Positions 53,744 to 64,000 of a DNA stretch of 64,000 nt are shown here, piece by piece. Below the pieces are notes generated by a model. That model did not search any database, had not been told where the DNA came from, and worked only from the letters and a program-made list of their open reading frames with translations. Numbering within the stretch: the stretch's first letter is position 1; the number at the start of each line of letters is the position of its first letter. The DNA is taken from the NCBI RefSeq assembly GCF_009914755.1, contig NC_060938.1; one strand, 5' to 3'. This DNA comes from the human T2T-CHM13v2.0 reference genome, Homo sapiens. The position numbers were made by a program, and so were the translations under genes.

Positions 53744-56700
53744 GAAACTCAATGTATACTTTAGCCAGTTTCCTGACATGGCTATGCAAAGAGTTCTTGA
53801 ATTTAATTAAAAAATGTAATATATAAAAGGAAAAGTTGATAAATCATTACTCTTCAAAATTATAAAATTTTGTTTCATGAAAGACCCCATTAAGAGGATG
53901 AAAACAAGAGCTATAGACTGGGAGAAAATATTTGCAAACCAATATCTAATTATATAGAGAAACTCCATGTACACTTTAGCCAGTTTCCTGACATGGTAAC
54001 ATCTTGCAAACTACGGTACAATATTACCAACTGGGTTTTTGGCTTTCGTATGACCTACAGATCGTATTCAGATTTCCCATTTCATTTGTACTCATTTTTG
54101 TGTAAGTATGTGTGTACTTTGTTCTATTTTGGTAATACGTGTAGGTGTGTGTATCTACCACTACAGTCAAGACCTAGAACAATCCATCATCACAAAAATT
54201 CTGTTTTGCCATTTTATAGCTACATCCATTCCCATGACCCTCTGCCATTTCTGCTATCCCTAACACTTGGTAACTACCAATCTCTTCTCCATTTCTATAA
54301 TTTGTTTATTTCAAGACCATTACGTAAATGAAATTATACTGTATGTAACCTTTGAAAATGGGCTTTTTTCACTTAGCATAATTCCTTGGAGAGTCATCCA
54401 AGCTGTTGCATATATCAATAGTTTGTTCCATTTTATTGCTTAATAATATTCCATGATGGTATTGATGTATCACAGTTTATTTAAACATTCACTTATTGAA
54501 GCGCAGTGGGGTATTTTTTTGGCTATTAGGAAAAAAATTGCTGTAAATATGTATGTGCCCATTTTTGTGTCAACACGCATTTTCACTTTTGTCGGATAAA
54601 TGCCCAAGAGTATAATTGTACAGTAGTAATTGCATATTTGGTTTTATAAGAATCTGCCAAACTATTGTCCAGAATGTTTGTTCCATTTTACATTCCCACC
54701 AGCAATACATGAATAATTTAATTTCTCCATATCCTTGCCAGCATTAGATGTTGTCACTATTTTTTATTTTAGCCATTCTTGTAGGTGTGTAGTGACAGCT
54801 TACTGTGGCTTTGATTTGCATTTCCCTGATGACTAATGATGTTGGACATCTTTTGATGTTCAATGTAAAACATGCTCTTGGGTGATATGTCTGTTCATGT
54901 CTTTTATCTGTTTTCTAACTGGATTTTTTTTGTTTTTCTTTTTTACTGTTAAATTTTGAAAATTAAAAAAATGTATATTCCAGATATGTCTAGATACGTG
55001 GTTTGCAAATATTTTTTCCCAGTCTATAGCTTTTCTTTTCATCCTCTTAATGGGGTCTTTCATGAAGCAAAAGATTATAATTTTGATGAAGTATAATTTC
55101 TCAATTTTTCTTTTATATATTATACTTTTGCATTAAATCTAAGAACTCTTTGCCTAGTCCTGGGTCCTGAAGATATTCTCTTTCTTTTTTTTTTTTTCCC
55201 CCAAAAGCTTTACAGTTTCTCATGTTTACATTTATGACAATAACACATTTTGAGTTGGTCTTTGATTAAGCTGTGAAGTTTTCTTCTGCCTCTGGCCATC
55301 CAATTGCTGCAGCACCGTCTGTCAAGAAGGCAATTCCCCTTCCACTGAATTGTGTTTGCACCTTTGACCAAAATCACTGGGCATATTTGTATGGGCTGAT
55401 TTCTGGGTCTCTAGTCTGTTCCATTGGTCAATGTAGCCGTTCCTCAGACTATATCACACTGTCTGGATCACTCTAGCTACATGGTTAGGTTTAATATTGA
55501 GTGGAGTGATTCCTCCCACTTTGTTCTTCTTTTTCAAGGTTGTTTTAGCTATTCTTGGGCCTGTGCCTTTCTACATAAATTGAGAATTAGTTTGTCTATG
55601 TCTAAAAAAATCCATATGAGGTGTTTTTATGTGAGAAATGAGAAGCTCTCAGATGGGCAGCAGGGCCATCTTGGATGTCTCACAGAACTGCTGAAGATGA
55701 GGCTTATGCAGGGCTTGTCCAGAGGCTGTTAAAATCCTCAAGAGTCTCAGCAAAACTCCTACTAATGTCCTCAGTTGGCTGCACTGAAATAAGTGACTTC
55801 TCAAGAAATCAACCTGGACCTACCTTGACCTCCAAGCCACCTCTGTTTCTGCAACTTCTCCTGGGGAGCAATGGTCTTTTGCTCTCCTGCCTTCTTAGTG
55901 GCTGATTTGGACCCAGGACCAGGACAGAAGGATGCTCTCCCGGAGGTCCAGAGGGGACCCTGGAAGAGGTGGGAGGGGGACCAGGGTTGACACTTCATGG
56001 TTTCACACTGTTAGGGCTAGAGATCTTGTGAATGAGTTGTGAGATTTCTGCATGGTGGACAAAAAGAATTCTTCCTTTAAGGGTTCTTCTCACAGAGCAC
56101 AGTTTGCCAAGGGATAGAGGTATCTGGGAGTTAACTCCTAAATTCATAGGAGTAGGCTCTCCATGTATGGATTCAATCAGTGACTCAGTGGAAAGGTGTA
56201 TCCATCAGCTAAGGAAGCAGCACTGTTCCCAGTGTAGCTGAACAGACAGGTGGGTGAGCTTGTCATTGCAGTGGTGTCAGAAATGCTGTGAGAAAGGAGG
56301 CCAGGCATGCAGGGCATGTGTGTAGGGAGGAAGTGGGCAGGAGGATGCATCTAACCCTGTCTTTGTGCACTGGGGAGATGTTGCAGGAGAAGAAAGTTAT
56401 CTCCTGGGACCCCAAGGTGCACTGGAGTAAGCAGGTGAACAGGGCATGTAGAACCAAGTATGGAAGGGAGCATCTTCCGTTCTCTCTGAGTGAGAGATTT
56501 TCCTGGAACCAAGGAGCAAGGCTGGGATGTGGGTACACTAATAGGCCAGAGTGGAGACGCCAGCACTCTTGTGTCAGCTCTTACAGTGTCATGGGGAGCT
56601 GTGTGACAATCCCAGACTTCCAAGAAAAAGCAAGAGTAGGTTGATTCTTTTGGTTCTTTTCTGTACCTGAGTTCTATGAACAAAGCACTATGTGTTTTCA

Positions 56701-57172
56701 AAACAGCCAGTAGCTTATGTAATATAGCACTTCTCCCTCCCAACCCCTAGAACCCACCAGCACCCTTTACAGCTCGAGTGAAGACTGAGGAGTCTCCTCT
56801 GACAAAAAAATAATATTGCAGATTGCACTTGTTTTATCCAAATGAAATATTTCTTTATCACGTACAGCTCTCACATGAATGACACGTCAGTTCCAATTTG
56901 TGACAGGGAGCTAAGTTAATCTGGCTCCAGCTCTTGCAAGGCCACTCAGAGCACGTCCCGGAAAATAATAATGCAATTGTTCAAGTGTCACTGCAGCAGG
57001 GCTGGGAACTAGGCTGTCTGTGACTTTGTGCCCCCATGTAGCAAAACTGTCCCAGGTCCATATTATACAAACTGTGCTGGGCAGTGGGACAGCTTTGTGT
57101 GGTGGTTATATTTTTTTCCTGGAGGTAGATATGTCCTTCAAGAAGCATTTGGGTTGGGGGTCTTTAGCTCCG

Positions 57173-57651
57173 TGGTCTCAAGCTGTTCCTCAGTGGTCAA
57201 GCCAAGGTCCTGGCCTCAGGCATTTCCTCATGGTCTCAGGATGTTCCCTAGTAGTCAAGCCAAGGTTATGGTCTCAGACAGTTCTTTGTGGTCTCAGGGT
57301 GTTCCTCAGTGGTCAAGCTAAGGTCTTGGTCTCAGGCAGCTCCTCATAGTCTGAGGGTGTTCCACAGTGGTCAAGCTAAGACCATGGTCTCAGGTGGTTC
57401 CTCAGTGGTTACGTCAAGGTCATGGTCTCAGATGGCTCCTCATGATCTCATGTGTTCCTCGGTGGTCAAGTCAAGGTCCAGATCTCAGGCTGTTCCTCAG
57501 TGTTCAAGTCAAGGCCATGGTCTCAGGCAGTTTCTCATGGTCTCAGGCTATTCAGCAGTGGTCACGCCAAGGTCATGGTCTCAAGGAGGTCCACAGTGGT
57601 CAAGCCAAGGTCAGGTTCTCAGGGTGCTCCTCAGTGGTCAAGCCAAGGTCA
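57173..57651. repeat. Composite minisatellite: ten 37-38-bp units interleaved with five 20-bp half units
   Basis: Long unit consensus TGGTCTCAGGNTGTTCCTCAGTGGTCAAGCCAAGGTCA; short unit TGGTCTCAGGCAGYTCCTCA. Confidence 0.92.
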
Positions 57652-57927
57652 TTTGGTTGGGAGAAAGAGAGGAAATAGTGACCTACTGGAAGCTCCTGGT
57701 CAGGTGGGCAGAGCTGTACACAGAGGAAATACCCAGGACGGTAGGTGAAGTCAAGAAAACTGAGGTCATGTAAGGGTCAATTGTCTGGTGGGCAGGTGTT
57801 GTGGTTAGTTCAGGGGCTGAGCTGCTCGAGGAAAGGGCTGGTTCTTTTCACCAGAATGTTCAGTGCTAGCACAGAGAAGGGGCTTTGGATAAATCTTGTG
57901 ACTCCTTCCCTGAAAGGATTATACTCC

Positions 57928-58372
57928 TGTTTAGTTTCCCAAGGCTGCCCTTATAAAATTATCAAATTGGGTGACTTAAAATAACAGAAACATATTCTCT
58001 GACAGTTTTGGAGCCCAGAAGTCTGAAATCAAGGTTTTGGCAGAATTGGTTTCTTCTGGATGCTCTGAGGGAGAATCTGTTCCATGACTGTCTCCTGGTT
58101 TCTGGGGGTTGACAGCAATCCTTAAGTTCCTTGGTCTGTGGCTGCATAACCCCAGTCTGTGCCTTGTCTTCATGTGGTCTTCCCCGCTGTGTGTATTTCC
58201 CCTTTGTCTTCTTTAATAAGGACACCTGCCATTGGATTTAGAGCTCACCCTATTACACGATGATCTCATCTCAAGATCCTTAATGCAATGACTTCTGCAA
58301 AGACAAAAGAAGGTCACATTCACTGGTTCCAGGTGGTCACATCTTTGGAAGGGACACATTCAGCTCACTACA
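57928..58372 (-). mobile_element. MLT1C/D-like solo LTR
   Basis: GGGTGACTTAAAATAACAGAAAC...GGAGCCCAGAAGTCTGAAATCAAGG...GGGACACATTCAGCTCACTACA. Confidence 0.85.
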
Positions 58373-59418
58373 ACCTCTAATGGCATCAGGCATGGTTGGC
58401 CCTGCTCCTTGCTTTGGTGAGCAGGAGGGATATATGCCTCTTCTTAGCAGAAGCTTTAACTGCCACTGCGTGGACCGGCCATGCTGTATTTCCTCATTAT
58501 CAAGAGAACAATATATTCAGAAGGGGACTCTTCCATTGGTCTAGAATGAAGAAGATATATACATGGACCTAAGCCACAGACCTTGCAGCCAACAAGTAAT
58601 AAGAGAAATGTACCTTTGTTAGTGCAAGCCCCAAGGACTCAGGGGAGATGTATTTACCACAACATAACTTTGCAAAAGCTAACTCAGAATATGCACATTG
58701 AATTTATGCGGTGTATTTTGGACAAATACACATTTGTGAAGCCCCAAGACACCATCTCAAGTTCAGAAATGGTCTAACCCTTTCTCCTAACATCAACCCT
58801 TGTAGTTCTTCTGAGTTTTATTCAGAATAGATTTCTTTAACTTCCCTCTTACTGGTTCTGTTTCCATAAAGATTTAAAAATGGCCATGGGCTTTCAGATG
58901 ACTGAGGAGCAAAAGAGCCACAAAACCAAAGTAAGGGATAAATAAAAATCCTGAAATGTAAAAAAGTCAAAGACAGTCATGGCCTCTTCTCCAGGGCTTC
59001 CCACTCCTTCTGAGATGGTCACTGTGACCCATCACAGCCCTAAGATGACCCTGCCACTGTTCATCCATTCATTTAGTTAAGGAGTATTTACCTGCTCCTA
59101 CTATGGGAGTTGGGCTGTTCTTGACTCCTCTGTGTATACCCTACATTTATTTTAGATTCCACATCAACCCACACTGACTCAGATTGACCCTTCTCATTCT
59201 CCTGCATCCCTACTCCCTTGATTTACGTCCTTATCTCTTACCTGACCTACTTTCAGGGCCTCCTGACAAGTCTTCCTGCCTTAACTCTCACTCCCAGGCA
59301 CTTGCTAGGCATGGCCAAAACATTTTTTGAATGCCTGCATGGGTCAACCTTCATGCTAGGACCTATAGCCCTATGTTCCTGTGGAAGATACAGACCTGCA
59401 AGATGTAAATGCACAAAT

Positions 59419-59567
59419 AGATGAATTTCAAATTACAAAGAAAACAAATGCTGGGCTGAGATGGAAAGGGAGCAGCTATAGTAGCTAGGGGTCAGGGGAC
59501 CTCTCCAAGTAGGTGATATTTAAATGGAGATGAGAAAGTAGAGAAGGGAGTGTGAAACTTGAGCCAG
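59419..59567 (+). repeat. Copy 1 of an approximately 147-bp local duplication (L2-derived)
   Basis: Closely matches 60874-61018. Confidence 0.88.
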
Positions 59568-59944
59568 AAACATAGAGGCTAGGAGTTGCAAGTGGTGGAT
59601 TGGCTATTGAAAAAACTCCCTTCGGTGACCTGAATAACAAATCACTAACAAACACTGGTATTGCACTCTGTAACATGCCATAGTTCCTTTCCCCATGATC
59701 CCTCTCCCAGAGAAGTTTTGACATATTTTGGGTCATTGTTGAGAACATTTGTCATTTTGGGTGCACAGGGTGAAACATTGTTCTGGTTTAGGGGAATCAC
59801 AAAGAAGGGGGCGGGGAGTCAGAGCTGTGTCTCCCTTCTGACAGTTAGAGTGGAAAATGCATCCCTTCTCCTTTCCCTTGGCTCATGGGAGCTAAGCAGA
59901 TACTCATGCTCAAAGGTAAGGTGAGCTCATTTATCCTTAGCAAT

Positions 59945-60290
59945 TGATGTGATTTAGCTTTATCCCCAACAAAATCTCATCTTGAATTCCCACATGCTGT
60001 GGGAGGGACCTGGTAGGAGGTAATTGAATAATGGGGGAAGGTCTTTCCCATGCTGTTCGCATGATAGTGAATAAATCACATGAGATCTGATGGCTTTATA
60101 AGGCAGGGTTTCCCTGCACAAGCTCTCTCTTTGCCAGCTGCCATCCATGTAAGATGTGACTTGCTCCTCCTTGCCTTCCACCATGATTGTGAGGCCTTCC
60201 CAGCCATGTGGAACTGTAAGTCCATTAAAGCTATTTTTCTTCCCAGTCTCAAGTATGTCTTTATCAGCAGTGTGAAAATGAGCTAATACA
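59945..60290 (+). mobile_element. THE1B-like solo LTR
   Basis: TGATGTGATTTAGC...AATCTCATCTTGAATTCCCACATG...CTAATACA; TSD GCAAT/GCAAC. Confidence 0.9.
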
Positions 60291-60873
60291 GCAACTGTGA
60301 GCCCAGTGGCATAGAAGTGAGGGTGCAGTGGCTCAGGTATTCCAAGAAGATAATTCTGGTGAAAGGGCATTTGCTATGTCCTCCTTTTGAAGCTCTTGCC
60401 TGATCCTGATTCTTCTGGCTTCTTGTTAATTTCCATGAGCCTCTCTGTCCTCTTCTAATAAGTTCTTAACTTGCTCAAGTTCACCAAAACCTACTTCTTT
60501 GTAATTAACAACTATAAACTCGGACCAGGTGAGTGGCTTGGGGGTGGGGAATGGAGAAGGGGCTATGCATTCAGATCTAGAAAGGTATCTGCAGTGTGTC
60601 ATGGAAAGGAATGGAATATGGAAGTGGCAGAAATTCAGAACTTTAAAATGTAATCCCTCTGGGAATTTACAGAAATTCTTGAGAAGGGAGACATCAAAGG
60701 ACTCAGAACAGGGTGCACAGATATTGCCTAGATTGCAAGAAAGTTGATTTATCCTAGATGACATCTGGATTCCAAATAGATGTTTAAGAGCGAAGAAATA
60801 AATTAATGGAGGAATGAATGAACAAATGAATGAGCATATGAATTATACACACAATCTTGACACTCAGTGACAG

Positions 60874-61018
60874 AGATTAATTTCAAATCACAAAGAAAAC
60901 AAATGGGCTGAGATAAAAGGGAGGAACTATATTAGCTAGGGGTCAGGGGACCTCTCCAAGGAGGTGATATTTAAATGAAAATGAGAGTATAGAGAAGAGA
61001 GGGTGAAACTTGAGCCAG
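60874..61018 (+). repeat. Copy 2 of the approximately 147-bp local duplication
   Basis: Matches 59419-59567. Confidence 0.88.
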
Positions 61019-61559
61019 CAACTAATCAAACCTCGTTGAAAACAGTTGCTTTGGGGGAATGAGTCAGTGGAGGAAAGACCAGGGAGCAGAATGTGGAAAG
61101 AGAAGGGTCAAGAATGGAAGAATTGTGTAATTTGTTGTCCGTCTCTCCCCTCAGGAGCAGTCCAGGGAGATGATACAGCTGCCTGGTTGTTGGTCACCAG
61201 GGCTGTTGGACACCTGTGTGGAGGACCTGGGAGAAGTCTTTTGCTCCACACTTGCTCCTTTCCTGCCAGGTAAGTTATGCAAACTAGAATCCCCAAGTGA
61301 CCCTGTCTCTCCTGCCCCTCAAAGTTGGACTACCACATCCTTTCTTGGGTTTTCAATTCAGTTTAATAAATGCAATAACATGCAGAAATTATGAGTGTAA
61401 GGATGAAGAATTTCTGCTCTTGTACACACTGTGTAAACACCATCCAGATCAAAATATCAAATGTTTCTATGTCTCTAGAAAGTTCCCTGCTCCCCTTCTT
61501 CATTACCTCAGCCCTCAGTTTACCGATTCTAATTTTTCTCACCATTGATTAGTTTTGCA

Positions 61560-62240
61560 CCATCATCTCTTAATGTTTCCTCAAAATATTGAATCTCTCC
61601 ATGTCTCTCCATTTGTATCACTAACTCCCTAGTCCAAGCAACTATTTCTCACCCTGGGCCGTTGCAATGCCTCCCAGCTGTTCCCTTGCCTCTTCTACTA
61701 CTCATTTCAATTGCCGTGTTGCAGCAGGAGTCACTTTACCTGCTAAAAACTATTCATCAGCTCTCCAGAAAAGCCTTCCATATCCTATAAGTTGTCCATC
61801 CACTCGCACTGACAAACCTCCTCTTGAGTCTTTCTCATTTTGCTTCCTGAATCTTACCCACCTATGTTAACCTTGAACTCTTCCTCCAGAGCACCCACAC
61901 TAATTCATGTTCACACCTGCCTAAACTCTGAACTCCACTGCCATTTCCTCAGGAAAAGCGACCTATACCTCCTTAATGTGTCAAATTCCCACATCACCAT
62001 TGCATAACTTCTGCTCCCTTCCTTCATAGCCCTTGTTCCAGTGGTGATTTTATAATCATTTGTGTGATGATTTCATTTATTTATTGTCCATCTTCCCCAC
62101 TGGACTGTGAAGTGAGGGCCTGGGTCCAGTTCCACTCCTCACTGTATCAGTTCCCCTGTGCACTCTACCATATTTGGTTCAAAGAGTATGCTCAGTAAAT
62201 ACAGTTGAATGAATGAATGAAGGGAGGGAGGAATGAATGA
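61560..62240 (+). mobile_element. L2 fragment with 3' end
   Basis: CCCTAGTCCAAGC...CCCCACTGGACTGTGAAG...GCTCAGTAAATACAGTTGAATGAATGAATGA. Confidence 0.75.
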
Positions 62241-63526
62241 CTGAACATGGTTAGGTTCTGGCCTTTATCAGCGGCACAGCAATACTGCCAATTGTCAACC
62301 TATGGTGCATGGACCACTTCCCAGGTACCCAATCTCCTTCCATTCTTTCATTCTGTACACACTTACTGAATGCTTCTCTGAGCCAGGTTCTCGAATAAGA
62401 CAAGCAGATATGGTGCCTGCCTTTAGGAAACGCAGCATGAGAAATCCAACAATGACAATACCATATGGCAGGACTTATCATACAGGTCTGAGAGCCCACC
62501 ACAGAAGCCCAGTGAAGGAAATCCTTACTCTGTGGGGAGGGCCAGGGGAGGAGCTCTAAGAATGAGTAGTAATTCACCTGAAAAGAATACTGGAAGTGGT
62601 GTTTTAGGTGGCAGGAACACCATGGGCAAATGTGTGGAGGGTGGAAATGCATGCCGAGTTTCAGCTCCAGCAAATGGTTTGGCTACATTTCAGCTTGGGT
62701 TAGGGACAAGATAATAAGAGTGTCATATACAGAATAGGTGCTTGAAAAATCTTGATAGAACTCCATTAAAAGATACTCCAGGCTTCTCTACTTGACATTT
62801 CTATTCAGTGTGTGGTTTATTTAGCATTTGCTTTTTGTGAACTTTGGTTAGTTTTGATATTGCTGGAATTGGCAGTGAAAGGTGTTATAGTACTTTCCAC
62901 CACAAAGAACGGGAATGGGAGTGCAGGGATCCAGATGGCTCCTTGAGTTACATGGCGGATGATCACCTGAATGCAAGACCTCATCCTGGTGAGGAGGACT
63001 TCAATGGCCCTGGTTCTCCACCTTCATGTGGGCAGCATCTGGGCTGTTGGCCCAATCTTGTGAGGATAAAAGCCTTTGCAAAAAGTGGTTGAATATTCAT
63101 GCAGTGCTTGATAATTAATGAAAGGATTCATGTGCAGCTTAGTTGATGTAAGAGCAAAATAAGAGGTGGGCACATCTACCTAAGGAAAGAACCAGAAATC
63201 CAAACAGGATTCCCAAGACATAGTTGGAGGGAATTAGACTCTGTGCCTCAGGTGGATGACCTCATGAAGGATTTTGATGTAAATGTATCGTGGGGAATGA
63301 GCAGAGAGTCAGCTAGTGGTTCAAGACATTGAAGTTTGAGTGTCAGCCTTGACACAAGCAGTGCAACCCAGGATAGGTGACTTCTCTACTGTGGGGCTCA
63401 GTGTTTACCTGTGAACAACGGGAATCCTTAGAATCTGCATCACAGTTTACTGTTTGTGTAAAACTTACTTTATCACATTGCCCACTGAACTGTCTGGAAT
63501 AACCGCTGTTCTGCAAATAGTAGCTG

Positions 63527-63690
63527 CTCCTTGTAGAGATCTTTCACCTCCTTGGTTAGACATATTCCTAGGTATTTAATTTTTGTGTGGCCACTGTAAA
63601 TGGGATTGTATTCTTGATTTGGCTGTCTGTTGGAATCTTATTGGTATATAGAAATGCTGCTGATTTTTGTACATTGATTTTGTATTCCTA
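63527..63690 (-). mobile_element. Internal L1 ORF2 fragment (L1PB/L1MA-like)
   Basis: TCCTTGTAGAGATCTTTCACCTCCTTGGTTAG...GATTTTTGTACATTGATTTTGTAT. Confidence 0.85.
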
Positions 63691-64000
63691 AGGGTCCATT
63701 AAAGCTCAGAGTTTTCTCCAGCTGGTGGTAGAAGGGGAAGTCAGGATGATTCCAAGCAAGAAGGATCCCACCCTCAGTTGCTGGCTCTGAGGTGTGGCAG
63801 AAGTCCACAGGTGAGCCGCCGAAAGCAACCTCCAGTTGCTGAGAGCTGTTCCGGTCTGACAGTCAGTAAGGCAGCGGGTACTTCAATCCTACAACTACAA
63901 GGAACTAAATTCTGATAGTTTGGAAGCATATTTTTCCCTAGAAACTTCGATAAGACCCTGGCCAAGGCTGACACCTTGGTGTAAGTCTTTTGAGTCTCTA
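63691..64000 (+). mobile_element. MLT1E/D-like LTR (partial, runs off the window)
   Basis: AGAGTTTTCTCCAGCTGGTGG...CAATCCTACAACTACAAGGAACTAAATTCTG...GCTGACACCTTG. Confidence 0.75.

Noticed and set aside
55900-56740. Possible ancient LTR and ORFs of 118-130 aa
   Set aside because: Looks LTR-like but no family could be assigned; the ORFs have no recognisable domain
57020-57773. Overlapping 97-161-aa ORFs and a CRISPR-like look
   Set aside because: Produced by a minisatellite; the apparent spacers are partial copies of the repeat, there are no cas genes, and the DNA is eukaryotic
61255-61280. Perfect splice donor CAG/GTAAGT (others near 44275 and 59915)
   Set aside because: No matching acceptor or reading frame could be tied to it; such motifs occur by chance in 64 kb

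Overview
Primate (very probably human) non-coding genomic DNA from an intergenic region or large intron. No protein-coding exon, structural RNA gene, CRISPR array or prokaryotic system can be supported. The longer ORFs come from Alu, L1 and LTR sequence or from simple and tandem repeats. Much of the window is interspersed repeat: about 8 dimeric Alus and 3 Alu monomers (many with readable target-site duplications), a twin-primed inverted L1PA, old L1M/L2/MIR fragments, many MaLR/ERVL LTRs (including an MLT1H-like provirus remnant carrying nested MER57 and MSTB) and DNA-transposon MITEs (MER91A, MER33-like, Tigger4a). Between them lie repeat-free, AT-rich blocks dense in homeodomain/POU/SOX-type motifs (largest about 14.6-19 kb), resembling conserved enhancers in a developmental-gene desert; the locus could not be identified. 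The most unusual observations are three independent short local copy events (8.7/10.1 kb, 59.4/60.9 kb, and an inverted insertion flanked by a 39-bp direct repeat at 53.7 kb), a 38/20-bp composite minisatellite at 57.2-57.65 kb that arrays NR5A/ESRR-type (YCAAGGYCA) and DR5-like motifs, and a MIR-derived 33-bp minisatellite. I do not see a clearly new biological system; these are hypotheses to test. Repeat subfamily calls are by eye from recalled consensus sequences and need Dfam/RepeatMasker confirmation.
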